Shown: positions 1-53,058 of the stretch, piece by piece
Layout of the letters: each line of letters starts with the position of its first letter
Numbering within the stretch: position 1 is the first letter of the stretch
Assembly (NCBI GenBank): GCA_002269645.1
Contig: NIVC01000661.1
Span: 392,724-456,723 of the forward strand
Length of the DNA: 64,000 nt
Direction: 5' to 3'
Source: Macrostomum lignano
Taxonomy: Eukaryota
Program-made: the position numbers and the translations under genes
The notes under the pieces: model-generated
Database searches by the model: none
The model's input: the letters and a program-made list of their open reading frames with translations, nothing else
What the model was told of the DNA's origin: nothing

Positions 1-351
1 TTCACTTAGAGGCGTTGTGAATACGAATGTGGAGCGGGTAATTAAGCAGTGTACATGATAAACTTTAATGAGTTTCACGAGTATTCAACAGTTGGCCAGA
101 GAAGACTACGCTCGAATATCTTCTTGAACTGTTCAATCCAACTTATCGTGCAAATTTTATTGCACAGCATCATTTCATGTGTTCAAATGTTGACAGCAGG
201 CTGTCAGGTGCATGTACTACTCTCTTGGGAAGTCAAGTAGACTTTCAAATTGTCATTTGGACTTCAGCTTCCGACCAAAACTTGAAGCTTCAACTAATCG
301 ATTGAGTAACAACGTATAAGTTTTACGTAAAGCGACACCCGTCTCACTCAG

Positions 352-3300
352 GGCTTCTCGTACCCGGCCTGCAACGGCATCCTCAGTCACTGGGCACCGC
401 CTCTAGAGCGATCTCGTCTGTCAACCATCGTCTTCTGCGGCGGCTTCTTCGGCTCTTTCTTGGGCTTGTTGTCGTCTGGCTGGCTTAGCGAGCGCTTCGG
501 CTGGCCCGTGATGTTCTATCTATACGGTGAGTGAGGCTGCAGCGACTTTGACACCGAAAATTGACACCGGACAAAGAGCTTGTCTTGCGCTTTATACCCA
601 CCCCACGAGGGCCAGTCTGATGAAGAGAAAGTCAGAGCCGCTGACATGTCACTATGTGAGTGTGTCGCCGTGCGTAGCCGTGTGTAGCCATGTGCGCGCT
701 CAGGGGTCGTTGGTGAAATGGGCATGACAAGCTAACTACATCTATATGTAACGATACTTCCCACCGATTGACTTAGGCGCCCTCGGAGTCGCTTGGTTCT
801 GCGTTTTCACAGCCTGCGTATCCGAGAAGCCGTCTAGCGATCGATGCATCACGGATGAGGAGCGGGAGTACATCGAGATAGAAATTGGCGAGAGTTTCAG
901 CTCTAAACACGTAGTCAGTGTTGTGTATCTGTTTACAAAAATGAGTGTAAATGTACTTCGCAACTCTCAATGCCTTACAAGCAATGTCTGTCGCGATTCA
1001 GTGACGTGTGAATGAACCAGAAGCATGCAATAGACTTGCCAATAGTGCCGTAACTCGTCTTGGAATCTTGACTTACTTGATTTAGCTGCAGGGGGTTCCG
1101 GGCATCCTCCGGTGGTGTCGGTGCCCGCAGCGCGGTTCCCTTCTGGAGAGTCCAGAAGGTGGCTGGTCGCTCGCCCGGTAGTCCTCAGGTAGCGGATGAG
1201 CTAACAGAAATTTTCGCGCCTGAAAACGTCGGGGAAGGTCCGGGTTTGGGACGACGTAGGTGAGCCTGTCCTGAGTAAAGGCGGGACATTCACGGATGAA
1301 GTGCCCCACATTCTCAACACCAGAGAGGCAAAACGGTACTACAGATTTCCCTGGAAGTGGCGATGCCTGACAAAACAGCCATGTTCCGAGAGAGCCATGC
1401 TCACTGCCCTGATTTCCCTGCGGTTGAGTCCAAGCAGAGCCCTGCGGAGGGCGGAGGAAGGACAGGGGACAGCCGCGCGGGATTGCCGGCAGTCGGGGCC
1501 GTTAGCCATGCACCTCTCCCTCTGCTTTGAAGCCACCCACTGGTTGATCCGAGTGGTGACGTTTTAGCATCAGGGGTGGGCGTAGCCAGGGTCCTTCATT
1601 GGGGTCATGTTGAACTCTTGAGGCAAGCTGACTCACCTAAGTGAGTGAGTTTCATTGATCGAGTGCATTCTGCGAAAAATTTATGAATATTAGAAGCCTA
1701 CCAACTCAAACGCTTGGATATTGCTAACGTAACCAGCCAAGAAGACGATCAGTTTATCTGCGACAAATTTTCAGATCAGCACAGCTCCGTGGCTGAAAAT
1801 ATTCACCTCAATGCCTGTCTACGCCATCATAGTGGCCAATTTCGTTCGAAACTGGACATTCTATCTCATGATCACGGAGCCAACTAAATATTTCGACGAC
1901 GTTTTCGGCTACGGCATGTCCAAGGTAGAAATAAGGTTAAATCTGGAATCAGGCAATTTAGATAATTTCAAGTTAGAGCCAACGCCCAAGGCTGAGACCT
2001 GCTTTAACCACGCCGCTAAGTATTAATTCGGCACTAGGACAGCATTAAGACCAATTATATGAGTAAAAGTCCCACAAAATATTTTTCAGAGTGGCTTCTT
2101 TGCCTCTCTGCCGCACCTTGTCATGTCTGTAGTGGTGCCAGTCAGCGGCGTGATCGCTGACGAGCTCAGAAAGCGATGGCTTTCAACCACAGCTGTCAGG
2201 AAAATCTTCAACACCTTGGGTGAGCTGTCAAATGTCAAGTAGACCTTCTCATTGCCAAATATAGTTCTTCATAATGCATTGAGATATGTAATCGCAGGCT
2301 TCGGTGTTCGAGGTCTTTTCCTACTGGGCGTCGGGTACACCAGCGATGCCACCACGGCCACCGTCTGCATGATCATCGGCGTTGGATTTAGCGGCTGCTG
2401 CATGGCCGGTAGGATTCTCGCTGTTCTTTCGACACGAGCTGTGTGCTACTTTCAGTAGGATAATTTGAACATTTTCTTAACCACCAGGCTACAATGCGAA
2501 CCACCTGGACATTGCGCCTCGCTATGCTAGCTGTCTAATGGGTTTGTCAAATGGCATTGGCACTGTGGGCTCTATTCTAGTGCCAATTGTTACCATGCAA
2601 TTGGTTAAGGACAGGGTAAGCGTACGGTGTAACAAAAATTTTGGTTTTGCTTTCCACTTTTAACAACTTTTATACATCCTTTTTGCTTCTATCCTCTTTA
2701 ACACATTCTATGGTGAACTTGAGGATTGTGAAGCGTTGGTGATTGTGAAGCTTTGGTGATTGTGAAGCTTTGGTGATTGTGAAGCGTTGGTGATTGTGAA
2801 GCTTTGGTGATTGTGAAGCTTTGGTGATTGTGGAGCGTTGGTGTTTGTGAAGCTTTGTGATTGTGAAGCTTTGGTGATTGTGACACTTTGGCGTTTTGAA
2901 GTTAATTGGTGATTGTGAAGCTCTGACTATTTTTAAGCTTGGGGAAATTGTAAAGCTTGGTGATAGTGAAGCTTTGGTGATTGTGAAGTTAATTGGTGAT
3001 TGTGAAGCTTTGGTGTTTGTGAAACAAATTGGTGATAGTGAAGCTTTGGTGATTGTGAAGTTAATTGGTGATTGTGAAGCTTTGGTGTTTGTGAAACAAA
3101 TTGGTGATTGTGAAGCTTTGGTGTTTGTGAAACAAATTGGTGATAGTGAAGCTTTGGTGATTGTGAAGTTAATTGGTGATTGTGAAGCTTTGGTGTTTGT
3201 GAAACAAATTGGTGATTGTGAAGCTTTGGTGATTGTGAAGTTAATTGGTGATTGTGAAGCTTTGGTGTTTGTGAAAAAAATTGGTGATTGTGAAGCTTTG

Positions 3301-4064
3301 GTGTTTGTGAAACAAATTGGTGATAGTGAAGCTTTGGTGATTGTGAAGTTAATTGGTGATTGTGAAGCTTTGGTGTTTGTGAAACAAATTGGTGATTGTG
3401 AAGCTTTGGTGTTTGTGAAACAAATTGGTGATAGTGAAGCTTTGGTGATTGTGAAGTTAATTGGTGATTGTGAAGCTTTGGTGTTTGTGAAACAAATTGG
3501 TGATTGTGAAGCTTTGGTGTTTGTGAAACAAATTGGTGATTGTGAAGCTTTGGTGATTGTGAAGTTAATTGGTGATTGTGAAGCTTTGGTGTTTGTGAAA
3601 CAAATTGGTGATTGTGAAGCTTTGGTGTTTGTGAAACAAATTGGTGATAGTGAAGCTTTGGTGATTGTGAAGTTAATTGGTGATTGTGAAGCTTTGGTGT
3701 TTGTGAAACAAATTGGTGATTGTGAAGCTTTGGTGATCGTGAACACCATCCAAACCCCCAGTCTCGAGCCTCCTGGTCAAACGTGTTCCTCATCACGTCG
3801 ATCATCAACTTTGTCGGGGTGATTTTCTACGCCATGTTCGCCTCAGGTGAGAAGCATTCCTGGGCCGAGGCGCCGGCAGACGAGGAGCCCTGGGAGCCGC
3901 CGACACCCACCGCCACCGCGTTCAAGGATGTCGGATACGACAACGAGGAAGTTTTCGAAGCGCTAGAAGATGACACGTCTCGTAACGTTGCTGATGCCAC
4001 TCCAGCGGACTTCAGCAAGTCGCCACTATTCCCCACCAGGGCAAATTTTGTGCAGCAAAGCTGA
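352..4064 (+). CDS. SLC17/VGLUT-like vesicular anion transporter, divergent paralog (5' exons outside window)
   Basis: Exons join(352-526,777-910,1775-1924,2090-2219,2298-2408,2488-2615,3762-4064), all AG/GT bounded and phase-consistent. Motifs: [64 protein letters not shown]. Exon lengths 175/150/130/111/128 equal those of the downstream paralog. Confidence 0.93.
1090..1620 (-). mobile_element. Degenerate 3' fragment of a non-LTR retrotransposon (LINE ORF2 C-terminus with CCHC knuckle) in a VGLUT-like intron
   Basis: Minus strand reads DCRQSR...[22 protein letters not shown], then after a stop/frameshift [21 protein letters not shown]. This is the typical post-RT/RNase H tail of LINE ORF2. 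Confidence 0.7.
2725..3739. repeat. Minisatellite: 17-bp unit GAAGCTTTGGTGATTGT evolving into a 36-bp higher-order unit
   Basis: Read directly. Fills the last intron of the first VGLUT-like gene and generates ORFs 2670-3749, 2896-3822 and 2933-3808. Confidence 0.97.
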
Positions 4065-4228
4065 TGCAGTGTCCAACAATGCAGCGCTGTGCTGACACAG
4101 CCGCTACAGTAAAATATACAGCATAAATTCGATAATCTGAATATCACTTTAAACTTTTTTCAAGACTGATGCACTGATGCGATTTTGCCGGTTTCGCTGA
4201 CTATTGAACACATTCAAGCGCGCTAATA

Positions 4229-6118
4229 ACACTAGCACAGACACTAGCACAGACACTAGCACAGATACTAGCACAGACACTAGCACAGACACCAGCAGAC
4301 ACTAGCACAGACACCAGCAGACACTAGCACAGACACTAGCACAGACACTAGCACAGACACCAGTAGACACTAGCACAGACACTAGCACAGACACCAGTAG
4401 ACACTAGCACAGACACTAGCACAGACACCAGCAGACACTAGCACAGACACCAGCAGACACTAGCACAGACACCAGAAGACACTAGCACAGACACTAGCAC
4501 AGACACCAGCAGACACTAGCACAGACACCAGAAGACACTAGCACAGACACTAGCACAGACACCAGTAGACACTAGCACAGACACTAGCACAGACACTAGC
4601 ACAGGCACTAGCACAGACACTAGCACAGACACTAGCACAGGCACTAGCACAGACACTAGCACAGACACTAGCACAGGCACTAGCACAGACACTAGCACAG
4701 ACACTAGCACAGACACTAGCACAGACACTAGCACAGACACTAGCACAGACACTAGCACAGACACTAGCACAGACACTAGCACAGGCACTAGCACAGACAC
4801 TAGCACAGACACTAGCACAGACACTAGCACAGACACTAGCACAGACACCAGCAGACACTAGCACAGACACCAGAAGACACTAGCACAGACACTAGCACAG
4901 ACACTAGCACAGACACTAGCACAGACACCAGCAGACACTAGCACAGGCACTAGCACAGACACCAGCAGACACTAGCACAGACACTAGCACAGACACCAGC
5001 AGACACTAGCACAGACACTAGCACAGACACTAGCACAGACACTAGCACAGACACTAGCACAGACACTAGCACAGACACTAGCACAGACACCAGCAGACAC
5101 TAGCACAGACACCAGCAGACACTAGCACAGACACTAGCACAGACACTAGCACAGACACTAGCACAGAAACTAGCATAGACACTAGCACAGACACTAGCAC
5201 AGACACTAGCACAGACACCAGCAGACACTAGCACAGGCACTAGCACAGACACCAGCAGACACTAGCACAGGCACTAGCACAGACACTAGCACAGACACTA
5301 GCACAGACACCAGTAGACACTAGCACAGACACTAGCACAGACACCAGCAGACACTAGCACAGACACTAGCACAGACACTAGCACAGACACTAGCACAGAC
5401 ACTAGCACAGACACTAGCACAGACACTAGCACAGACACTAGCACAGGCACTAGCACAGACACTAGCACAGACACTAGCACAGACACTAGCACAGGCACTA
5501 GCACAGACACTAGCACAGACACTAGCACAGACACTAGCACAGACACTAGCACAGGCACTAGCACAGACACTAGCACAGACACCAGCAGACACTAGCACAG
5601 ACACCAGCAGACACTAGCACAGACACTAGCACAGACACTAGCACAGACACCAGTAGACACTAGCACAGGCACTAGCACAGACACCAGCAGACACTAGCAC
5701 AGACACCAGCAGACACTAGCACAGACACTAGCACAGACACTAGCACAGGCACTAGCACAGACACTAGCACAGACACTAGCACAGACACTAGCACAGACAC
5801 TAGCACAGACACTAGCACAGACACTAGCACAGGCACTAGCACAGACACTAGCACAGACACTAGCACAGACACCAGCAGACACTAGCACAGGCACTAGCAC
5901 AGACACTAGCACAGACACTAGCACAGGCACTAGCACAGACACTAGCACAGACACCAGCAGACACTAGCACAGACACTAGCACAGACACTAGCACAGGCAC
6001 TAGCACAGACACTAGCACAGACACTAGCACAGACACCAGCAGACACTAGCACAGGCACTAGCACAGACACTAGCACAGACACTAGCACAGACACCAGCAG
6101 ACACTAGCACAGACACTA
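4229..6118. repeat. Tandem repeat, 12-bp unit ACAGACACTAGC with 10-bp variants
   Basis: Read directly. Occupies most of the spacer between the two VGLUT genes. Confidence 0.98.
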
Positions 6119-6481
6119 TGCCAGGCATTGAAACGTCAGCCAAACGATGTGGCACTCAGGCCAAAATAATTTCATTTAGCCAACAAAATTCACGGTCCAA
6201 TAACTGTACCAAATCTGCACTGGATTGGCTGAGTCTGCCTCTCTGATGAAGCTTCCAGCATCCGGAATCGGGGAAAATAACTATTGCATTTTTTCTGCAC
6301 GCCACGGCTTGCCCATTGGACCGTGCAGAGTCAGTCGCAGATTCATCTGGGCGCTCCGCTGGCCCGGTGCCTCATTGTTGGTTCCGAGAGCATTGTTCCA
6401 CTCTGTGCGCCTGTCTGTTGGATCTGCAGAGAACCGACAACTGCAGCTGAGCACCCAAAGCCATCGAATATCGCATCGAGA

Positions 6482-26347
<19,866 letters not shown>

Positions 26348-28134
26348 CAGGACTGCGCGATGATTGAAGTTAAAAAAAATTGAAACCTTAATTTGAACCT
26401 TTAAACAGACTATTTTTAACGCTAGCATTGGGAATTGGAAGCGTTTTTAGCGCACAAAGCGTTTACGAAATTCAAGCCAATGAGACGTGTAGTACATGCC
26501 TTCGTGTAGTACGTGTAGTATATGAGGCTCTTCATATTGCTTGTTCTGGTTCTAGAACCAGTTAGAATTCTATGAAAATGAAAATCGCCAAGAAGAAAGT
26601 GAAAAATTGTGCAAAGTGAGGCTGTTAAGGCAGTCAAATATTAACAGAGTTAAATAGTTATACTGCTGTTTTTCTTGGAAGATCCGAACCGATTCTGGTT
26701 CTGGAATTGGTAATGTGAAGAGGCTTTATGACTGCAACAAACTGCAGGTAGATCTGGAGGTGAAAGGACTTGCATTAATTTTTTTAAAAATATCTACATT
26801 CTACAGTGAATCCAAATGCTATCGATACATTAAATAGCATATTGAAATTCTTATTTTAAATTTGTGCGTTTAAATATTAAATATTGTTTTAATTTCTTTA
26901 TAGGCTAATAGCACCAGATGAACAAAAACTAAACCTACACGTATATTACCGTGCGTCATTTGCTGTTGTTTCTTAGATATTATCAAATAACCCACATTCC
27001 TTGAAACAAATTTAATTCTAGCTGCTTTCTAACTTATTTAGCGTAATTAAAGTGCGTGTCTTTACTTTTGTTTAAAAAAAATTTTGCGCTTCAATGAAGT
27101 ACATATATACTGTTTTAAATAAAACATTTATTATTACAAATATATGCATTCTTTATTATGATTGTAATAATAATAATCATATTAAATTTTATTATTAAAA
27201 TTTTATTATTCTATTATTAAATTTTATTCCTTATACTATTATTATTATAATTATTATTAATTACAAATATATGTAGTAGCTAGATTACTAGCATAATACT
27301 AGCTAGTATTCATGCTGTTTGCTGTATACTGTTATCTGAAAAATTCGGAATAAATAATTAACTGTCAAAAAATAAAACACTATATTTGGCTAACTAAGTT
27401 CCAAAAAAAATAAAATAGCTACTATTTTAAACCGCTAAAGCCATCCTAGCCCCCATACCAGGCTTAACATCTCGTTTTTTAGATGTAAAAACTTCAAATT
27501 AAAAATGCGCCGTTTCACCATTGGCCAATGTCCATCCAATTGTTTGTCGTTTTGGTTGTTATAATGCACTAAATTTTAAATCCTTATTCTTTGTTTGTCC
27601 AGACTGGTGTATTGTTGTTGAAACCGTTTAAGAATAAAAAAGAAGTAAGTGTCTAAATGTGACAAAAACAGAAAATATATAAATAAAACAAGTATTTGTG
27701 CGGAACTTCTTTGCCATAAACTGATATGTGCTTTGCTGCAAATAGAAACACGTTTAAGTGCCTTTATTTTTTCTAGTTGTAACGGCTACTTTTATAAATG
27801 TTCATGAGACTACTCGTTTACTTTCTGTAAGTAGCATGTCTGCGAAATAAGTATGTAGTATATTATTTGTGAAATTCAATTAAAATTTTTATACTTGCTA
27901 CCATAAGTTTTCGCAGTTGACATTTCTCAAGCAACTCAAGTATGACAGGTGCAGTTCATATAGACTTGAGCAGTTGTCAAAAAATCTTTAATTCGCTATA
28001 TTTTAAACAGAGTCAGCCCCATGCAAATGTAGTACCAAAATGCTTCATAAAGGTCTCGATGCTATTAAATATATTGTAAGTGTTGCTTATCAAGTAAAAT
28101 TTCACCAATACATCATGTTGAGCAGATTAACAAT

Positions 28135-32316
<4,182 letters not shown>

Positions 32317-32599
32317 GCCAGATATTCGAATTGATTTCCGGTGCCTACTGAGAATTTGCTGCAGGCTGTCTCGCGCATATGTACGATCTGCTGTCAAGAC
32401 AGCAGATTTACTTGGTTCAATATCAGCTCAGCTCTTTCCATTGGCCAGTGGCTACAGCCAATAGCTGGGATTGTGGCTGTGCTGTGTGCGCGCAGTGCCA
32501 ATACTGTAAGGCCTGTAGGGTTAAAGAAGAAATCAGACACAAGAAACGGAGGATGAGTCTAAAGAAGGAGAAATATAACGGGGAAATAGTGAGGCAAGA

Positions 32600-33080
32600 A
32601 GCAGATGAAGCAAGAAACTGAAAGAGAAGCGGAAGAGAAAGCAGAACAGACAAAAGAAGCAGAAGAGAAAGCAGAAAAGACAAAAGAAACAGAAGAGAAA
32701 GCAAAAAAAGACAAAAGAAGCAGAAGAGAAAGCAAAAAAAGACAAAAGAAGCAGAAGAGAAAGCAGAAAAGACAAAAGAAGCAGAAGAGAAAGCAAAAAA
32801 AGACAAAAGAAGCGGAAGAGAAAGCAGAAAAGACAAAAGAAGCAGAAGAGAAAGCAGAAAAGACAAAAGAAGCAGAAGAGAAAGCAAAAAAAGACAAAAG
32901 AAGCAGAAGAGAAAGCAGAAAAGACAACAGAAGCAGAAGAGAAAGCAGAACAGACAAGAGAAGCGGAAGAGAAAGCAGAAAAGACAAAAGAAGCGGAAGA
33001 GAAAGCAGAAAAGACAAAAGAAGCGGAAGAGAAAGCAGAAAAGAAATCAGAAGAGGCAAAAGCAGCCAGCAGGAGAGAAG
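32600..33080. repeat. 30-bp purine-rich repeat AAAGCAGAAAAGACAAAAGAAGCAGAAGAG
   Basis: Read directly. Confidence 0.93.
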
Positions 33081-33784
33081 GCAAAGATAGTAAAAAAAAA
33101 GACAATATTTTTATCAGAGAAGAAAGAATGATCCCTAGCAGCAAAAACATCATAAATAAACAAGACATTTGTAAACAAACGGCTCTGAAAAGAATTTAAC
33201 TGAAGAACGCAAGGGAAAATTTGTGGGGGGTTAAAGTACTAGGTTTGAACTTTTACTAATACGATGAAGCTGGGACAGTAAGTGCGTATGCAGTAAAATA
33301 TATATTTAAATATTATAAATGTAGTTTTATAATTTTGTGTCTGGGACAAATTTCCCAAAGTCTTGAAAGTGGGGAAAAACTAGACGGAAAAAAGTATTGC
33401 AAAAAACTTTATTAATTTCAATAAGTCAAAAAAGATCCGTACTCGCAGCTACACAGAGAAAAAACACATTTATCTTCAGCCCGCAAAGTAGACACAAAAC
33501 ACAGCTGCAATTGGCACTAAATCCAGCACAACACAGCAAATTAAAAAAAGAACAACTGACGGAAATGTTCACCAAAAGCACAAAAATTGCCACAAATATA
33601 TTCATAGACTAATTATTGATAAAATACAGCACCAGAAAAGCTTGTTAATAGCTGTAAAGACAATGGACATGGAGAGGACAACAGACACGAACTATAATTG
33701 TGTATTTGATAAAGTGCAAGTGGCTTAGGGCGCAAATAAGGCGCAAGTAATGGGGCACCTAAGTGAAGGCTTGAGAGTTGGAAT

Positions 33785-34490
33785 AGGGGTTCACTTAGGT
33801 CTGTGTACATTGGGAGAGAGATAAGGCTGCTGTTTAGTTGGGGTAAAATGGGGGTTCACAACTAGGGTCTGTGTACATTGGGCAAGAGAGATAAGGCAGC
33901 TGTTTATTTGGGGTAGAATGGGGGTTCACAACTAGGGTCTCCGTACATTGGGCGAGAGAGATAAGGCTGCTGTTTAGTTGGGGTAGAATGGGGTTCACAA
34001 CTAGGGTCTGTGTACATTCGGCGAGAGAGATAAGGCAGCTGTTTATTTGGGGTAGAATGGGGGTTCACAACTAGGGTCTGTGTACATTGGGAGAGAGAGA
34101 TAAGGCTGCTGTTTAGTTGGGGTAGAATGGGGGTCCACAACTAGGGTCTGTGTACATTGGGCGAGAGAGATAAGGCTGCTGTTTAGTTGGGGTAGAATGG
34201 GGGTCCACAACTAGGGTCTGTGTACATTGGGCGAGAGAGATAAGGCTGCTGTTTAGTTGGGGTAGAATGGGGGTTCACAACTAGGGTCTGTGTACATTGG
34301 GCGAGAGAGATAAGGCTGCTGTTTAGTTGGGGTAGAATGGGGGTCCACAACTAGGGTCTGTGTACATTAGGCGAGAGAGATAAGGCTGCTGTTTAGTTGG
34401 GGTAGAATGGGGGTTCACAACTAGGGTCTGTGTACATTGGGAGAGAGAGATAAGGCTGCTGTTTAGTTGGGGTAGAATGGGGGTTCACTT
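33785..34490. repeat. 70-bp tandem repeat, about 10 copies
   Basis: TGTACATTGG recurs at 34081, 34151 and 34221. There are no unique spacers. Confidence 0.96.
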
Positions 34491-35254
34491 GAATAGGGCC
34501 GATGTAAATTGGAAGAGAAGAGATACTTTTTTAAACAACAAATAACAGCTTAATGGACAATTAGCCTGCAGTATAACAATCGGAAAAGTGCTAGACGGAA
34601 AAACCAACAATAAACGCACCAGAAAATGAAACAACGAAACATGCTTTTATAGCTAGTTAATAGTTCGTGTATTAATTTCGTTAAAAGTTAAAAAAAGAGT
34701 TAAATTTAGCTAACGCGATGCCAATGCGTCACAAGCGCTACTTTTAACAAGTAGTGCAGTGCGCGCAAAAGGTTGGTTGGACACAAAAGTGCGCGGACAG
34801 TGAAACAAATAATACAGCGCAAAGGTACACATAGGAGTGCGCTATTCCGTGTAAATCCCCAACACAATAATTAAGGTACATTGGTAATTCTTTCGCATTC
34901 AAAAAGAAAGGCAGCAATTCGAGCCAAAGAAGACTGATTGATATCGAATGAGTGGAAGAGCAGTTTTGATAAAAAAGTATATAAAAGTACATATTATATA
35001 GGAGCCCATTAGCCAAATAATATGAAAATAAAACAGTACATATATAGTCAGGGAAAAGAATGAATATTGTATTAAGCCATAATAACATTTAATTTTTTTG
35101 TAAAGGCTTGTATCGTGTTAGATGTGAGTAAGCACAATATAATAAACATTTAATTTTGAATAGATCGAATCTCTGGCCATGACCTCTGAAAACTATTAAC
35201 CTTAGCGTTAGTTGACCTCAGAAAACCTAATTTTTCAGGTTCTTTGAGCAGCCT

Positions 35255-35545
35255 AGGGTCATGACCTTAGGGAAGCTTATTTGTCGGGTCGTGACCTTAT
35301 GGAAGCTTATTTGTCGGGTCATGGCCTTATGGAAGCCGATTTATTGGGTCATGACCTTATGGAAGCCGATTTATCGTGTCGTGACCTTATGGAAGCCAAT
35401 TATTCGGGTCATAACCTTATGGAAGCGTATGTATCGGTTCGTGACCTTATGGAAGCCGATTTACCGGGTCATGACCTTATGGAAGCGTATTTGTCTGTTC
35501 ATGACCTTATAGAAGCCGATTGGTCGGGTCATGACCTCATAAAGT
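35255..35545. repeat. 30-bp minisatellite CATGACCTTATGGAAGCCGATTTATCGGGT
   Basis: Read directly. Confidence 0.92.
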
Positions 35546-36584
35546 GATCTTTTTCAGTGTATTCCCTTTTGTTAGGGTCATGGATTTATGGAACTATTTT
35601 TATCGTCACGACCTTAAGGAACGCTCTTTTTCAGGTCATGCTCTTAAGAAACCAACATTTTCGGTTCAAAACCGTTGAAAAAAACTTTTTTGAGGCGATA
35701 AGTAAAAAGCCACTTCAACTAAAAGTAAGATTTAAAAAATTCATTTGTCATGATTTAAACGATTTAATGTTCGCTAATATTCCTAAACAATCGCTTCAAA
35801 ATACTATTAAAACTGACAGAGAACACAGAGAACCATTACAAAGTTAAAAATAAGAAAACCTTGACTAACAAGGCCGCATTCCAGACGAAACGAATGACAT
35901 AAGCAAAAATAAGCAGATCCATGCTTTTCTACTTGTACAAAATACAGAACCGACACCCAAACATACATGTATGCTTTCAATAAACAGCAATATGCCTTGT
36001 AGCTAGTCATAATAGATAAACGACTAAAAGCGCATGAGAAGTACATAGTTATTAAGTTTTAATAAAGTACCAACTCTCGAACAGAAGATCCGGGGTCATC
36101 TGACCCTTGTGGATTCTGTCAGAGCAGCAGGGGTCATCCGACCCTGGTGGATTCCGTCAGAGCAGGGGTCACCTGACCCCAGTGATTTCACGGGAATGCC
36201 ACTAGAGCACCAAATCAAGCAGAACAGATGCTGTTCAATAAGTGCAGGCACAGAAGTGAGGGAGGCGCACAATGCGAATGTATTTCTCGGGGGAAGGGGG
36301 GGGGGTCACCATCAAATTCTGCACAAAAATCAAAAATATATATTAAGCCACAAATACAAGAGGCGCATAAAATATGGATTAAACAAATTCATATATAAAC
36401 AGCGTTATTATAGATAAAGTGAGACCAGAAACCAGGCGGATTGAAGAGAACAAAAAAACACACAAAAATGCCCAACCAAACGGTCAAAAAAGGATTTAAG
36501 CGAATTTAATATATGATAATAAATAGTTGAAGTTGTCAGCTGTGTTTAAACACTTTTCGCTATTTCCAGCACTAACTGCCAACT

Positions 36585-53058
<16,474 letters not shown>

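Noticed and set aside
2670-3822. Long repetitive ORFs (Cys-rich [12 protein letters not shown] repeats)
   Set aside because: Intronic 36-bp array. The VGLUT-like frame splices cleanly around it.
32423-33168. Lys/Glu/Arg-rich and hydrophobic ORFs upstream of the RBM24-like gene
   Set aside because: Translations of a 30-bp purine-rich repeat with no domain signature.
33785-34490. Regular 70-bp array that could be mistaken for CRISPR
   Set aside because: Whole units repeat with no unique spacers, there are no cas genes, and the context is eukaryotic.
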